A stretch of DNA of 64,000 bases from an uncultured virus (IMG/VR IMGVR_UViG_3300017642_000077) (lineage: Duplodnaviria; Heunggongvirae; Uroviricota; Caudoviricetes). The position numbers were made by a program, and so were the translations under genes. The notes below the pieces were generated by a model. It was not told where the DNA came from and made no database searches. It saw only the letters and a program-made list of their open reading frames with translations. The stretch lies in the IMG/VR virus record IMGVR_UViG_3300017642_000077, one strand, 5' to 3'. Each line of letters starts with the position of its first letter. The stretch's first letter is position 1. This document shows positions 19,001-28,399 of this stretch, one piece after another.

Positions 19001-19408
19001 TTAGCCAGGCAAAAAATTCGAACGATCCTCCACGAAGGAGGAGACCTGTTCGAAGACCCAGGGCTGGATCATGAGCTCCAGGGCGACGGGCTGGGTGACG
19101 TCAAGTTCCTGGCCGCCGAGAAACACCTTGCCCCCGGTCACGGTGCAGGCCAGGAGCTCACGGCCTTCCTGCTCGGCCTCGGCCGCCGACAGGGGGGACG
19201 TCCGGGACTTCTGGCGCCGCGCGTGCTTGTCCAGGATGAGGCGCAGGTTGTCGCGATAGGCCTCGCTGTCACGGCCGATCACCATGAAGTACATGGTGCT
19301 TTCGTCCTCCTCACCGTAGGTGAGCGGCTTGCCGGTGACGGGATGGCGAAGGTTCATCCGCACGGCGGTGCCGGCCGCCGAAACAACATCAAGATTCTTC
19401 AGGTCCAT
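19001..19408 (-). CDS. Tail assembly chaperone (gpG-like)
   Basis: Between tail tube and TMP, LRHPVTG motif, ends ...EDRSNFLPG over a slippery T-run. Confidence 0.8.
   Translation of the reverse strand: MDLKNLDVVSAAGTAVRMNLRHPVTGKPLTYGEEDESTMYFMVIGRDSEAYRDNLRLILDKHARRQKSRTSPLSAAEAEQEGRELLACTVTGGKVFLGGQELDVTQPVALELMIQPWVFEQVSSFVEDRSNFLPG
19010..19016 (-). promoter_or_regulatory. -1 programmed ribosomal frameshift site T-TTT-TTG
   Basis: AAT TTT TTG CCT GGC TAA. The -1 frame is open (FAWLTQSLCAGVDFLVEM...) into 18669-18980. Confidence 0.78.
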
Positions 19409-19411
19409 CGA

Positions 19412-20323
19412 TTACACTCCAGGGATGCGGGTGATTTGGAAGTTGGTGCCGGTAGTGGCGTCGTAGAGAGCCTGAAAAGGCATTTCGACAACGATGCCCT
19501 TCTCATCCTTCACAGGGTTGCTGCCGTCGCTGTATTTCAGACGGGGGATCAGGGACGTGTAACTTTTGGACGTGCCGTTCCCGAGAGTAAATTGCAGCGA
19601 GCTTTCCGTCTCGTTGATGAATTTGTTGAGCAGGTTCAGGTTCTCGAAGTAAGCGGACAACGTTCCGGTGAGGTTCGAGCGGCCTGGGATGACCCCGGCA
19701 GCCTGGTTGCTAAAGACCACATAGGCGGGGTCAAGGTTGTTCTCCAGGCTCAGCTCTAGGCCGGTAACGACGGCGATACTGGAACCACCCTCAAGCAACT
19801 CCCCTGTGAAAGAGTCGAAGGGGAGATTTGTCTGGCTGGCGGTCGGGGAGGCGTCCAGGGGGGAACTCGAATAGGAGCCACCCTTGCCGATCAAGCTGAA
19901 GGTCCCGCTGATAATCTCATTCGGTTTAACCGAGAGCTTCAGCGTTTTAACCATGCAACCCGTAAACACCCCATACTGGCCGATATCGGCGAACGCACGT
20001 TCGAAGGTGAAACTCTTGGCCGTCGTCCCGGCCTTAAGTACATTGGTCGACCAAGTCCCGAACAGCGCCCCCTCGAAAAGAGAGTCATATTCACCGTAGG
20101 AAAGTTCGAACTCAATATCCCCTTCGATCTTCTGGGTGCCATGGCGAAAGTCAGAAATCTGCCGGTCATCGCGCAACTCGGCGCTCTGATTCGTCTCCTT
20201 CGCCAGGACCAACGAGCAGGTCTTGTGCCGCAGCTTGACCATTTCCGGCGTGGTTGGCGTTGTCCCCCACGTGGACTCGGCCACATACCGCAGCCCGTGA
20301 AACCCGCCTGTCGCGAATGTCAT
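19412..20323 (-). CDS. Major tail (tube) protein
   Basis: YVAES.WGTTP, S.ELR.DRQ, GDI.FELSY, ENNL motifs. Confidence 0.88.
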   Translation of the reverse strand: MTFATGGFHGLRYVAESTWGTTPTTPEMVKLRHKTCSLVLAKETNQSAELRDDRQISDFRHGTQKIEGDIEFELSYGEYDSLFEGALFGTWSTNVLKAGTTAKSFTFERAFADIGQYGVFTGCMVKTLKLSVKPNEIISGTFSLIGKGGSYSSSPLDASPTASQTNLPFDSFTGELLEGGSSIAVVTGLELSLENNLDPAYVVFSNQAAGVIPGRSNLTGTLSAYFENLNLLNKFINETESSLQFTLGNGTSKSYTSLIPRLKYSDGSNPVKDEKGIVVEMPFQALYDATTGTNFQITRIPGV

Positions 20324-20345
20324 GATGTTTCTCCTTCTTTTCCGG

Positions 20346-20768
20346 CTAGGCCGGGTCCATGTAGGCTCGGAACGTTATGCTCACCGGTCGCTTGTACCGC
20401 GTAGCCTCTTCCATCTCCGGTCCCATCGCAGCGGTTTCGATGACCACTTTGGCATCCGTCATGGTCCCAGAAGTAAGCGTCATGCCACGCCGAAAATGTG
20501 CCCGCAGCGCGTCACCTAGGCCGAAAACAGCCCCGCGCCCCTTACCCGGGAGCCCCAGAACATCCACCTGATAGACGCCGCGCTGGAGGTCTTGCGCTTC
20601 TGAGCCAAGCCCGGCTGCCCGTGTTGTCGCCGGCAGGAAGTGCGGCCGGAGGTAGGCGGCATCGGGCGGCGTGAAAGCCCGATTTTCCCAGGCGACGGCC
20701 AGAGATTGCGCAGTCGCGAAAGCGGAGAGGTGGCCATCGAGCAGGCCTGAAACCGTGGACCAGCTCAT
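20346..20768 (-). CDS. Tail terminator-like protein
   Basis: VAWEN..FTPP and G.YQVDV..LPGKG motifs, lies before the tube gene. Confidence 0.75.
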   Translation of the reverse strand: MSWSTVSGLLDGHLSAFATAQSLAVAWENRAFTPPDAAYLRPHFLPATTRAAGLGSEAQDLQRGVYQVDVLGLPGKGRGAVFGLGDALRAHFRRGMTLTSGTMTDAKVVIETAAMGPEMEEATRYKRPVSITFRAYMDPA

Positions 20769-21169
20769 TGCGCACCCCCGGAGATGGAGCTGAAATGAGC
20801 GATCAATTCTTCGACGCTGATGCGGTAGACGCCGGCCGGGGCTTGCTTTGAATGACCGTATTCGAGGGGGATGGCGTATTCGACGTTGTTGTAGATGAAG
20901 ATCGTGTCCCCGAGCTTGTAGGAGCCGAGCTTTTCACTCCCGCGACCGACCGTGATGCTGCCATCCCCATGGGCCTCAAATTCCAGGACGGCGCCACCTG
21001 AAATGCTGTTGATGTCAATCTGGTTGTTGGCCCGGAAGCGTCCGGTATCGACAGGGGATCGGGCCACAATCCGCGACAGGAGGTCGAGGGCGATCTTGCT
21101 TACGACCAGGCGCATCTTCTCCTTTGTCTTTACGCCAAAGCGTTCCAGGTCGAGTGTGAAGCTACCCAC
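20765..21169 (-). CDS. HK97 gp10-like tail completion protein
   Basis: SPVDTGRFRAN, NNVEYA.PLEYGHSKQAPAG. Confidence 0.85.
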   Translation of the reverse strand: MGSFTLDLERFGVKTKEKMRLVVSKIALDLLSRIVARSPVDTGRFRANNQIDINSISGGAVLEFEAHGDGSITVGRGSEKLGSYKLGDTIFIYNNVEYAIPLEYGHSKQAPAGVYRISVEELIAHFSSISGGAQ

Positions 21170-21521
21170 GACGGACCTGCAGCTTGTAGAGGAGGGGGGT
21201 CCCGGCGGGCTCGACGGCCGAGACGGAGACCACCCGCCAAAGGGTTGAGCCGATGGCGACGACATGGTTGGGCTCCGGTCGAACGGCCACTTCCGGGCTC
21301 ATGAGCACAATCTTGTCCCCGGCCAGCACAAGGGACCCGTCGACCAGATAAACTTTGACGTCTGTCAGAACCCCAACGGTTTCGTAGGCCGGATCGGTCT
21401 CGCTGGAGTCAGTGCCGGAGACGGGGTCGAAACTGCCCTCGGTCGGCACGCGCAGGGTCATCGAGGTCCCGGCCTTCTTGAGCATGGCAGCGGCACGTTT
21501 GGCGGTGGCGGCGTAGTTCAT
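21162..21521 (-). CDS. Head closure / head-tail joining protein
   Basis: FDPVSG, VDGSLV..GD, ends LYKLQVRR. Confidence 0.72.
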   Translation of the reverse strand: MNYAATAKRAAAMLKKAGTSMTLRVPTEGSFDPVSGTDSSETDPAYETVGVLTDVKVYLVDGSLVLAGDKIVLMSPEVAVRPEPNHVVAIGSTLWRVVSVSAVEPAGTPLLYKLQVRRG

Positions 21522-21712
21522 GCGTGCCCCTCCCCGGCCTTTTTTCTGGCCACGGCCTCGGCGAACATGGTCCGAACTTCTTCCTCGGAAAGCCCCATTC
21601 CGCTTTTGGAAAAGATGGCCGACATCCAGGAAAGGGCGCGAAAACCATTGTAGGTCCCGTCGGGGTTGCGCGCGGCCTCATCCAGAGTCTTGGCGTAGCG
21701 GGGATCGGTCAT
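21518..21712 (-). CDS. Hypothetical protein
   Basis: Short ORF coupled to both neighbours. Confidence 0.55.
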   Translation of the reverse strand: MTDPRYAKTLDEAARNPDGTYNGFRALSWMSAIFSKSGMGLSEEEVRTMFAEAVARKKAGEGHA

Positions 21713-22179
21713 GGCAAGCACCAGCCTTCCACGCGCTGCCAGCGCGGCGATGGATCAACATCCCAAAGCCACCGGTAGATGTGCGCGAACCACCGTCCGA
21801 ACTCGTAGCAGACCTCTTCTTCGGCCGGCATTTCGTCACGCTCGAGAATGGCTCGGTAACTCGGACAGAGGATGCGGAGGCGATGCAGGATGGCGTGCTG
21901 GAGTTCGTGGGCCACAACTTCCATGTCCCAGGCGCCAGCCACGAAATGGACCTCGCCCATCTTGGGTGCCGGGAGCAGCTCGCCGCTTTCCGGATCCATG
22001 GACGTTGGGCACGGGCAATGGCAGCCAGTCGCCTGGCCATCTTCCATCCCCTTGGTCCCGCCGATGAGAGCCGGCTTGTCGCACCAAAGAAAGACGTGCC
22101 AGTAGTGCGGCCGACGGCTTGACCGCATGATGGCCTGGGCTACGAGCCCAGAGAAGTCTTTGATGCGACGGATCGCCAC
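21709..22179 (-). CDS. Hypothetical protein with HExxH (zincin-like) motif
   Basis: VVAHELQHA followed by EEEVCY. Confidence 0.6.
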   Translation of the reverse strand: MAIRRIKDFSGLVAQAIMRSSRRPHYWHVFLWCDKPALIGGTKGMEDGQATGCHCPCPTSMDPESGELLPAPKMGEVHFVAGAWDMEVVAHELQHAILHRLRILCPSYRAILERDEMPAEEEVCYEFGRWFAHIYRWLWDVDPSPRWQRVEGWCLP

Positions 22180-22449
22180 TTACGCCCCCACCTTCTTCAA
22201 GTCGTCCGGGAACTCGGCGGCGCGCCCGTCATCGAACGGACATTCTTTCGGCAGCACGTCGAGCGCGGCGACGACATCCACCTGGGCGTAAAGCTCAAGC
22301 GTAACCCTGGCTGTCCGGTCTTCGGCCCGGATCTCGAACTTAATGCTGTAGACGCCGGGGATTTCTTCGCCGGTCGCCGGGTTGATGACCTTGGTGCGGC
22401 GCGGGTCGCCGTCACTGATTACGCGGACAAGGCGTTCGGTCGCGTCCAT
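22180..22449 (-). CDS. Hypothetical protein
   Basis: 89 aa within the neck operon, SD AGGGG. Confidence 0.55.
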   Translation of the reverse strand: MDATERLVRVISDGDPRRTKVINPATGEEIPGVYSIKFEIRAEDRTARVTLELYAQVDVVAALDVLPKECPFDDGRAAEFPDDLKKVGA

Positions 22450-22451
22450 GC

Positions 22452-22979
22452 CTACCCCCTCACCAGCTCCACACTGGCTCCGGACTTCAAAAACGGCCGC
22501 AGCAACGCCTCGACCGCGAGGAACCGCGTCCCGGCCGGAGCGCCGGCCACGTATTGGGTCGTGAGAACGTCAACCCTCTCCATCACAATAGCTCCGCCGC
22601 GCTCAAGGTCCGGGAGCATGTCCGTCCCAACAAGATAACGAAGCGCGACTTCGCATTGTGCTTGTGGAATAGCCGGGGGGATTTCGTTGGAAGGCCAATA
22701 GTAGCCCTCGTTAATGTCATAGCTTTCCGGCAAGCCAACGTCGTCGATGGGGACATTGTATCTTGGCCAGCACATGGCCTGACGGTAAGTGATGCGGTAG
22801 CCCCGCCAATTGAGGCAATTAAGATATTGCCCGGCACGAATAAGCGAGGCTTCTTTCGCGGCATCCGTCCCGGTCCAGTCCGTCATGCCTCGGTCAGAAA
22901 AATAAGCGTCGGCATCGGTCACGTTGATAAACGTATTCGCGCCTGTGACGCGTGCCCCTGTTTCGACGACAAGCGCCAT
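22452..22979 (-). CDS. Head-tail connector (DnaT-like-annotated family)
   Basis: MALVVETG, ADAYF..RG...W, Q...WPR, IP.AI..AQCE.AL. Confidence 0.8.
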   Translation of the reverse strand: MALVVETGARVTGANTFINVTDADAYFSDRGMTDWTGTDAAKEASLIRAGQYLNCLNWRGYRITYRQAMCWPRYNVPIDDVGLPESYDINEGYYWPSNEIPPAIPQAQCEVALRYLVGTDMLPDLERGGAIVMERVDVLTTQYVAGAPAGTRFLAVEALLRPFLKSGASVELVRG

Positions 22980-22982
22980 GGT

Positions 22983-23246
22983 TTATGCCTTGCCCCCGGA
23001 ATGAAGCGTAAAGTCTGCGGCCTGAATCACGGCCAGGATCGCATCCCTGGTGGTGGCGTCGGCCCCAAGTGTGACCCCATGCTCCTTCGCGAAGGACCGA
23101 AGTTGAGGGACTGTCATCCCTTCAAGAGGAACGATCTCAGGCTCAGGCTGCACGTTCGTCCATCCGCCCCGAGCGAGCAATTCCCGGGCATCCACGTCAT
23201 GAACTTTCAGCGGAGCGCCCGATTCGATATTGTAAACGATGGCCAT
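22983..23246 (-). CDS. Hypothetical head-region protein with small helical (SAP/Rho-N-like) tail
   Basis: LEGMTVPQLRSFAKEHGV motif. Confidence 0.6.
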   Translation of the reverse strand: MAIVYNIESGAPLKVHDVDARELLARGGWTNVQPEPEIVPLEGMTVPQLRSFAKEHGVTLGADATTRDAILAVIQAADFTLHSGGKA

Positions 23247-23287
23247 TTATCCCTCTTTGAAGGGGCGGGTTTCCCCGCCCCGACATT

Positions 23288-23749
23288 TTACGACAGCGTG
23301 ACGCCGGCTTCGGCCACCACAACCCACTTCTCCGCCGTGCTTACAAGCACGAGCGTTTCTCCGGCCGCATTGAACGTGGCGGTCGAAGCGGCGGAACCGC
23401 CGATAACGTTGGTCAACGCCAGGGTGACCGCGTTCGTGGACGTGGTGCTGGTCATGGTGAGGACCAACAGTTGCCCAGCCCGCGCCGGGGCAGCCAATGT
23501 GATTGCATAGGTGCTCGTGGCAGGCCCGACGATGGAGACATGGTTAGCGTTGACGTCGACCGCTCCGGCGGCGGTAATAGCCGCCTGGATGGCCCCGGAA
23601 AGCGCCGCGCCGAACGCCGTCCCACCGGTAATGGCCACGGCATCCGGCTCCTGCAACGCCATGGCGCCCATCGTTACGTCCTTGATCTGTTTGACGCCTG
23701 ACGCCGGCAGCGTATGGGCTTCGACGATGCCCGGGTTGATGGCGGACAT
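23288..23749 (-). CDS. Head decoration / head fibre-like protein
   Basis: Ala/Thr/Gly-rich, follows the capsid genes. Confidence 0.6.
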   Translation of the reverse strand: MSAINPGIVEAHTLPASGVKQIKDVTMGAMALQEPDAVAITGGTAFGAALSGAIQAAITAAGAVDVNANHVSIVGPATSTYAITLAAPARAGQLLVLTMTSTTSTNAVTLALTNVIGGSAASTATFNAAGETLVLVSTAEKWVVVAEAGVTLS

Positions 23750-23755
23750 GACGAT

Positions 23756-24217
23756 CTACTCCATGGGCACGGCATAAGCCGTGTAGTTGATGCCCGTGGC
23801 CACGTCGCCGGCAACAGCGGTGTACACACGCAAATAGCGGTAGTAGGTGCCGTCGTTTTCGTTGTCGAAGTAGAGCTTGAAACGGCCGGTTGAATCGTCC
23901 TTGTTGCAGTCTGACCGCTTCACTTCGGCTGCGGACAGGTTCAGGGCCGCCAACTCGGCAATGGCCGTATCGGTGGCGAAAGCGGCCACGGTCGAGCCCT
24001 GGACAATGATGTCGTAAATCTCCGTGTTGGAGGCGATCTCCAAAGCGGTCACGTCGATGATCATGCAACCGCGAAAAAGCCCCTCGCCCACGTCGATCAC
24101 CTTGGCGGCGGAATCGACGGTGGCAGCGGCGGAAGCGGCCACAAGGCCCGCGTCCTTGAACTCAAGGTTGGCGTCGAAAGTGCCCTGGGGGCGCTTTTTG
24201 GCTCCGGTAATGCTCAT
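23756..24217 (-). CDS. Capsid decoration (cement) protein, putative
   Basis: 153 aa directly after the MCP, YRYLRVY beta-rich motif. Confidence 0.6.
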   Translation of the reverse strand: MSITGAKKRPQGTFDANLEFKDAGLVAASAAATVDSAAKVIDVGEGLFRGCMIIDVTALEIASNTEIYDIIVQGSTVAAFATDTAIAELAALNLSAAEVKRSDCNKDDSTGRFKLYFDNENDGTYYRYLRVYTAVAGDVATGINYTAYAVPME

Positions 24218-24241
24218 GATGTTTCTCCCTTTGCGTCAGGC

Positions 24242-25168
24242 TTAGGCAGTGACAGCCGCGTCCTTGACCCCACCCAGGCGGGCGGCGGCGCGGCCGTGGT
24301 AGCAGGCGATTCCGGCGAGCCATTCAACGCGAGTGCGCATGGCCGGCTTTTCCTGCAGCTCGCCCAGGTCGCGGACATCCATCACGCCGTTCTGGATTCC
24401 GCCAAGCATGCCGTCGCCAAAGCTGACGCAGTAGATGCTCGATGCGGTGGCCGTAGAACCGGTGTAGCCAACCTCGGTGAACGGCAGAATGTCGTCCCCA
24501 GCGTTGTCGTAGTCGGCAATCAAAATGGGCAGGTCGGCGTACATGGCGATCTTGCGGCCGAAGGCGCCCAACTCGTACGTCAGGAACCCGCCGATGGACG
24601 TGGACCGGGAAGCAGCGGACAGGCGCCGACGCATGGTCTTGTTCATGATGAGGTGCGTGGGGCTATCCACGCGGTCGATCAGCTCATCGAGCTTGGCCAG
24701 GGACAACGCGTCCCCGCCGTCAGTGGTCCCGGCGTAGAAAAGCTGGTTTCCGACCAGCCGCGCCTGGAGACCGTCAAAACCGCGTGGGTCGCTGACGCTG
24801 TCACCCTTCAAAAACTGCTTGGCCCAAGCCAGGGCAAGGGATTTGACTTTCATGCCTTCCTGGGTGGACCGCTGGGCCATGCCCATGGTGCGCAGGATGA
24901 ACATGTCAACGTCCAGGTCCCCGCCCGCGATGACGAGGGGTTCCGTCTGCGGGTTGAGAACGCCGGTAGACTCGGTGTAGGCTTCGTTCACGCCACGGAA
25001 GCCGACGCCGGGCAGGGTGTCTTCACGGTTGTAACGCAGCGCGTTTCCGGTGATGTCCTGGAACGGCAGCGCCGCCATGATGTCCGAAGCGGCTGCATAC
25101 ATTTCGATGACAGCCGACTGGACGGGGTTATCGGACCGCTTGGCGGCCTCAACGAGAGTCAGGGCCAT
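24242..25168 (-). CDS. Major capsid protein (HK97 fold)
   Basis: MALTLVEAAK, LPGVGFRGVNE, FDGL..R, LDELID.V, TSIY.VSFG. Confidence 0.9.
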   Translation of the reverse strand: MALTLVEAAKRSDNPVQSAVIEMYAAASDIMAALPFQDITGNALRYNREDTLPGVGFRGVNEAYTESTGVLNPQTEPLVIAGGDLDVDMFILRTMGMAQRSTQEGMKVKSLALAWAKQFLKGDSVSDPRGFDGLQARLVGNQLFYAGTTDGGDALSLAKLDELIDRVDSPTHLIMNKTMRRRLSAASRSTSIGGFLTYELGAFGRKIAMYADLPILIADYDNAGDDILPFTEVGYTGSTATASSIYCVSFGDGMLGGIQNGVMDVRDLGELQEKPAMRTRVEWLAGIACYHGRAAARLGGVKDAAVTA

Positions 25169-25180
25169 GGTAGCTCCTTG

Positions 25181-25933
25181 TTAAACGCCCCGCGCCTGAT
25201 TCAATCGCTCGACAGGCGACAGGTCGTGCCAGTTTTGATTCGTGGCTCCGGCCCGCCCTCCGGTGGCCCCGCCCCCGGGTTGGAACTTTGTGTCCACGAG
25301 GTTCTTGTTCTCGGGCAGTCCCAAAAACGCCTTGACCGCCTCGGCAGCGGGAAGGTTTTTTTCGACACGCTTGTCACCGTCCAAGACGGTGACCGTGGTT
25401 TTTGGGACGTACTGCCCGGTAGGCCTGCCGTCGTCGCCGATGACGGGCTCAAGCACCGTGCGCCCCGCCAGAAGCCCATGGATTTGGGCGGCGGAAAACG
25501 CACCGGCTTCCTGTGCGGCCCGGGTAAGCACGGCCTCGATTGTCGAGGTTGTGTAAAGCTGTTGGTAGTGGTCAGCCTGGGCCTTGATCTTGGCGGTTTC
25601 TGCGGCCGCCTCTTCCCGAGCCTGCTTGATCTTTTTGGCGGCCAGCTCGTCACTGGAAAGCACCTGCTTTTCCAGATCGTCGACTTTCCCCTGGAGGTCG
25701 GCACGCTGGGCATCCGTCAACTTGTGGTTTTCCAGCAATTCATTGTACTGCCCGAGCAGCTTCTTTTTTTCGCTAAGCAGCTCTTCATTCTTGGACTTCA
25801 GCCCTTTCACTTCCGACTCGGACACAAGGCCGCCGTTTACGTCGAGCACATACGCTCCGTCCTTTTGGACGTAAGCCGAGCGCAGCACCTCGGGCACCGC
25901 GTCCAGCGACTGCAACTTGAATTCAAGGCCCAT
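25181..25933 (-). CDS. Capsid scaffolding protein
   Basis: YVLDV.G, GLKSKNEELL.EKK coiled coil, C-terminal GGGA.GG, directly upstream of the MCP. Confidence 0.82.
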   Translation of the reverse strand: MGLEFKLQSLDAVPEVLRSAYVQKDGAYVLDVNGGLVSESEVKGLKSKNEELLSEKKKLLGQYNELLENHKLTDAQRADLQGKVDDLEKQVLSSDELAAKKIKQAREEAAAETAKIKAQADHYQQLYTTSTIEAVLTRAAQEAGAFSAAQIHGLLAGRTVLEPVIGDDGRPTGQYVPKTTVTVLDGDKRVEKNLPAAEAVKAFLGLPENKNLVDTKFQPGGGATGGRAGATNQNWHDLSPVERLNQARGV

Positions 25934-26151
25934 GGCTCCCCCGGGGAGTAACGCCGGCCCCTGGCCAGGCGGTTGGAGTTGTAGAAAAACAAAAAGGCCG
26001 TAAACCTGGAACGATTCACGGCCTATAATACAGGGGATGGTAAGTTTATTTTAGACGGTGGTTGCCGCTAGAGGCAAAGGCCCCATTGAAATCTTTGTCA
26101 CGCCGCATGTATTATGCCCCCAGTGAACAAGCAAAACCAATGGGGGCGCGT

Positions 26152-26391
26152 ATGGCAAATATGCGAGACACGGTCGAAGAGTTGCGCGGCATATTGCCGC
26201 CCGTCTTTGCGGGCCAAAGCCTCGACGACATGACGGGCGGGGCCATCAACTGGCGAACGATCCTCAACGCCAGGGCGCGGAAAGAGGTCCCGCCGTCGTG
26301 CTTCATGAGGAGCGGGAGAAAGGTGCTGGTGAAGCGCGATCCGTTCTTGGAGTGGTGGAAAGGGACGCTGCGGGAAGAGGGGGGCGAGTGA
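26152..26391 (+). CDS. Small excisionase/AlpA-like DNA-binding protein
   Basis: 79 aa, WRTILN...P...RSGRKVLV.RD.FLEWW winged-HTH-like pattern. Confidence 0.6.
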   Translation: MANMRDTVEELRGILPPVFAGQSLDDMTGGAINWRTILNARARKEVPPSCFMRSGRKVLVKRDPFLEWWKGTLREEGGE

Positions 26392-26924
26392 TGGCGCATA
26401 CCGACGCCTGCAAGTACCAAGTCTGCCAGCTCGTCGAACGGCTGGTGAAAAATGGCCAATCGGTGAATGAGGCCAGCAAGCACGTGCAGGTTGAAAGCGA
26501 TGGCATCCCGGCCAAGACGATCCAACGGTGGTGGAGACAAATTCAGGACGAAGCAAACGGGTTGCTCAATAATGAGCAACAGCCCGAAAACCCAGCAACC
26601 ATGCCGGTTCAGGGTGGTTGCACTGGTTGCAAGCTTGATCCGGTCAGGGTTGTTTCCAGGATCGACAAGATGGTCGAGCAGGGGAAGTCAATCCGTGAGG
26701 CATCCGAGGTGATTGCCAAAGAAACAGGAAGGCGCCCGTCTGCGATTCGAAGTGCCTACGTCCGCGAGCGTGACAAGCTGGCCCCGGAAGACGAGCCGTC
26801 CGAGGCTTGGCAATTCGTCGAAATTGCCATCTCACAACTGAGCAGGATCAGAAAAGACGACCCCGGGCGGAAAGAGGCCTTCCAAAAACTTAAGAACTGG
26901 ATTGCGGTCCAGGAGGGAAAATAG
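26391..26924 (+). CDS. Hypothetical protein with two HTH-like repeats
   Basis: G.SVNEAS..V...TIQRWW and G.SIREAS.VIA...IRSAY.R, coupled start (TGATG). Confidence 0.6.
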   Translation: MAHTDACKYQVCQLVERLVKNGQSVNEASKHVQVESDGIPAKTIQRWWRQIQDEANGLLNNEQQPENPATMPVQGGCTGCKLDPVRVVSRIDKMVEQGKSIREASEVIAKETGRRPSAIRSAYVRERDKLAPEDEPSEAWQFVEIAISQLSRIRKDDPGRKEAFQKLKNWIAVQEGK

Positions 26925-26925
26925 C

Positions 26926-27705
26926 ATGTCCAAGGTCCTTGAGTCTCGAAACTATGGGATGTTCTCACTCCACAGCTTCAACCGTGACGTTGAAAAAATC
27001 GCCAAGCTCGAAAAAAGTATGCGGCTGCATGGCTGGATTTCCGCATACCCTATGCACGTCATCCGCGAAAACGGGCACCTGAAGATCAAGGGCGGACATC
27101 ATCGGTTCGAGGTCGCCAGGAAACTCGGCATCCCGGTCAAGTATGTCGTTTGCGACGACAAGGCGACCATTCACGAGCTGGAAGACGCAACCACGCCGTG
27201 GGATTGGCCGGACTACTTGGAGTCCCACGCCAGGACTGGGAACGTAAACTATCTCAAGATCAAAAAATACCAGGGCGAAACAGGAATACCCCTCACGTGC
27301 ATCGTTTCCATGTTTGGTGGCTACACGGCCGGATCAGGCATTTACGCTGGTCCGTTCAAAAGCGGGGCTTTTAAGATCAAAGACACCGATCACCCCTCCA
27401 TCGTGGCTGACCTCGTGGCCGTCGCAAGGTCGGCAGGATTCAAGGGCTCGACCATCCGCAATTTCGTCATCGCCCTGTCAAAGGTGGCTAAGACCGCCGA
27501 AATCGACCTCCCCCGCCTCAAGGCCAAGATGAAGGCGCATCCCTACCTTCTCCAGAAACAAACATCCGTGGATGGCTACCTTGCCATGCTCGAAGAGGTC
27601 TATAACCGGCAACGAGCCGACAAGGTTCCCCTGGCTTTTATGGCCAACGCGGCGGCCAGGGCTCGCAACATCATCCCGCCCAAAGGACACAATCAAGCCG
27701 CCTAA
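26926..27705 (+). CDS. ParB/Srx N-terminal domain protein
   Basis: NRDV..I.KL.KSM...GW...PM.V...IKGGHHRFEVA.KLGIPV.Y, SD GGAGG. Confidence 0.7.
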   Translation: MSKVLESRNYGMFSLHSFNRDVEKIAKLEKSMRLHGWISAYPMHVIRENGHLKIKGGHHRFEVARKLGIPVKYVVCDDKATIHELEDATTPWDWPDYLESHARTGNVNYLKIKKYQGETGIPLTCIVSMFGGYTAGSGIYAGPFKSGAFKIKDTDHPSIVADLVAVARSAGFKGSTIRNFVIALSKVAKTAEIDLPRLKAKMKAHPYLLQKQTSVDGYLAMLEEVYNRQRADKVPLAFMANAAARARNIIPPKGHNQAA

Positions 27706-27728
27706 CCATCGCCATATCACGCATATGC

Positions 27729-27753
27729 AAGCCGCCTTTCGGGGCGGCTTTTC
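27729..27753 (+). terminator. Intrinsic terminator
   Basis: AAGCCGCC-TTTCGG-GGCGGCTTTT. Confidence 0.7.
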
Positions 27754-27783
27754 ATTTCTCTCGGCCGAGCATAAACTGACCCC

Positions 27784-28035
27784 ATGAAATTCGGCCCCCG
27801 CGTCCCCTCCCTTCGCAAGCGCATAGCCGCCCGCACGTCTCCGGCCCGGTTCCTGCGGCATTCGCTCGGGTTCAAGGCCCCGCGTGGTTGGGGCTGGCTG
27901 ACGAACCCGAAGCGTGCGCTCTACAACCGGATTTACAACCGGACGACGTTCAGCATTCTCCCGAGCGGTTGCTTGATGCCGATCTTGACAATATTTTTTA
28001 TAGGCATATTTGCAGCTATCAGATTAATATTCTAA
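27784..28035 (+). CDS. Basic phage hypothetical protein with C-terminal TM segment
   Basis: MKFG.R.PSL.KRIAARTS...GWGWL.NPKRALYN.IY.RTT. Confidence 0.7.
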   Translation: MKFGPRVPSLRKRIAARTSPARFLRHSLGFKAPRGWGWLTNPKRALYNRIYNRTTFSILPSGCLMPILTIFFIGIFAAIRLIF

Positions 28036-28056
28036 CAGCGCAAATGGGTATGAAAA

Positions 28057-28278
28057 ATGAAAGTGCAATTTGTCGTTGAAGCGTCTTGGCTATGCAAACA
28101 ATGCGGATTGAAACAAAGCGATCCGGAGTTAATCGTCGAAATCGGAGGGAAAGTAACTCCATTTTGCAAAAAATGCACAAGTAAAGATATGATTTTTATG
28201 GGTGATGAAAAAACAAAAAAGCTATGGGAGCTCTACGCCTATAGAAACTTGTCATCATCCGACCGATTTGACTTTTAA
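28057..28278 (+). CDS. Small Zn-finger hypothetical protein
   Basis: CKQC...CKKC. Confidence 0.5.
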   Translation: MKVQFVVEASWLCKQCGLKQSDPELIVEIGGKVTPFCKKCTSKDMIFMGDEKTKKLWELYAYRNLSSSDRFDF

Positions 28279-28399
28279 TCCGCCTCCCCCCCCCTCCATT
28301 TCTCGCCCCGCCCGCCAGCGGGGCTTTTTTGTGCCCAAGTCTTGCCGGGGCGACATGAAAACTGGTATCGGGGCGGGAAACGTCGGGAGGCGGGATGAC

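Noticed and set aside
24296..25951. 551-aa plus-strand ORF opposite capsid/scaffold
   Set aside because: GC-rich antisense shadow with no motifs, unlike the intein antisense ORF which has an SD and recognisable domains
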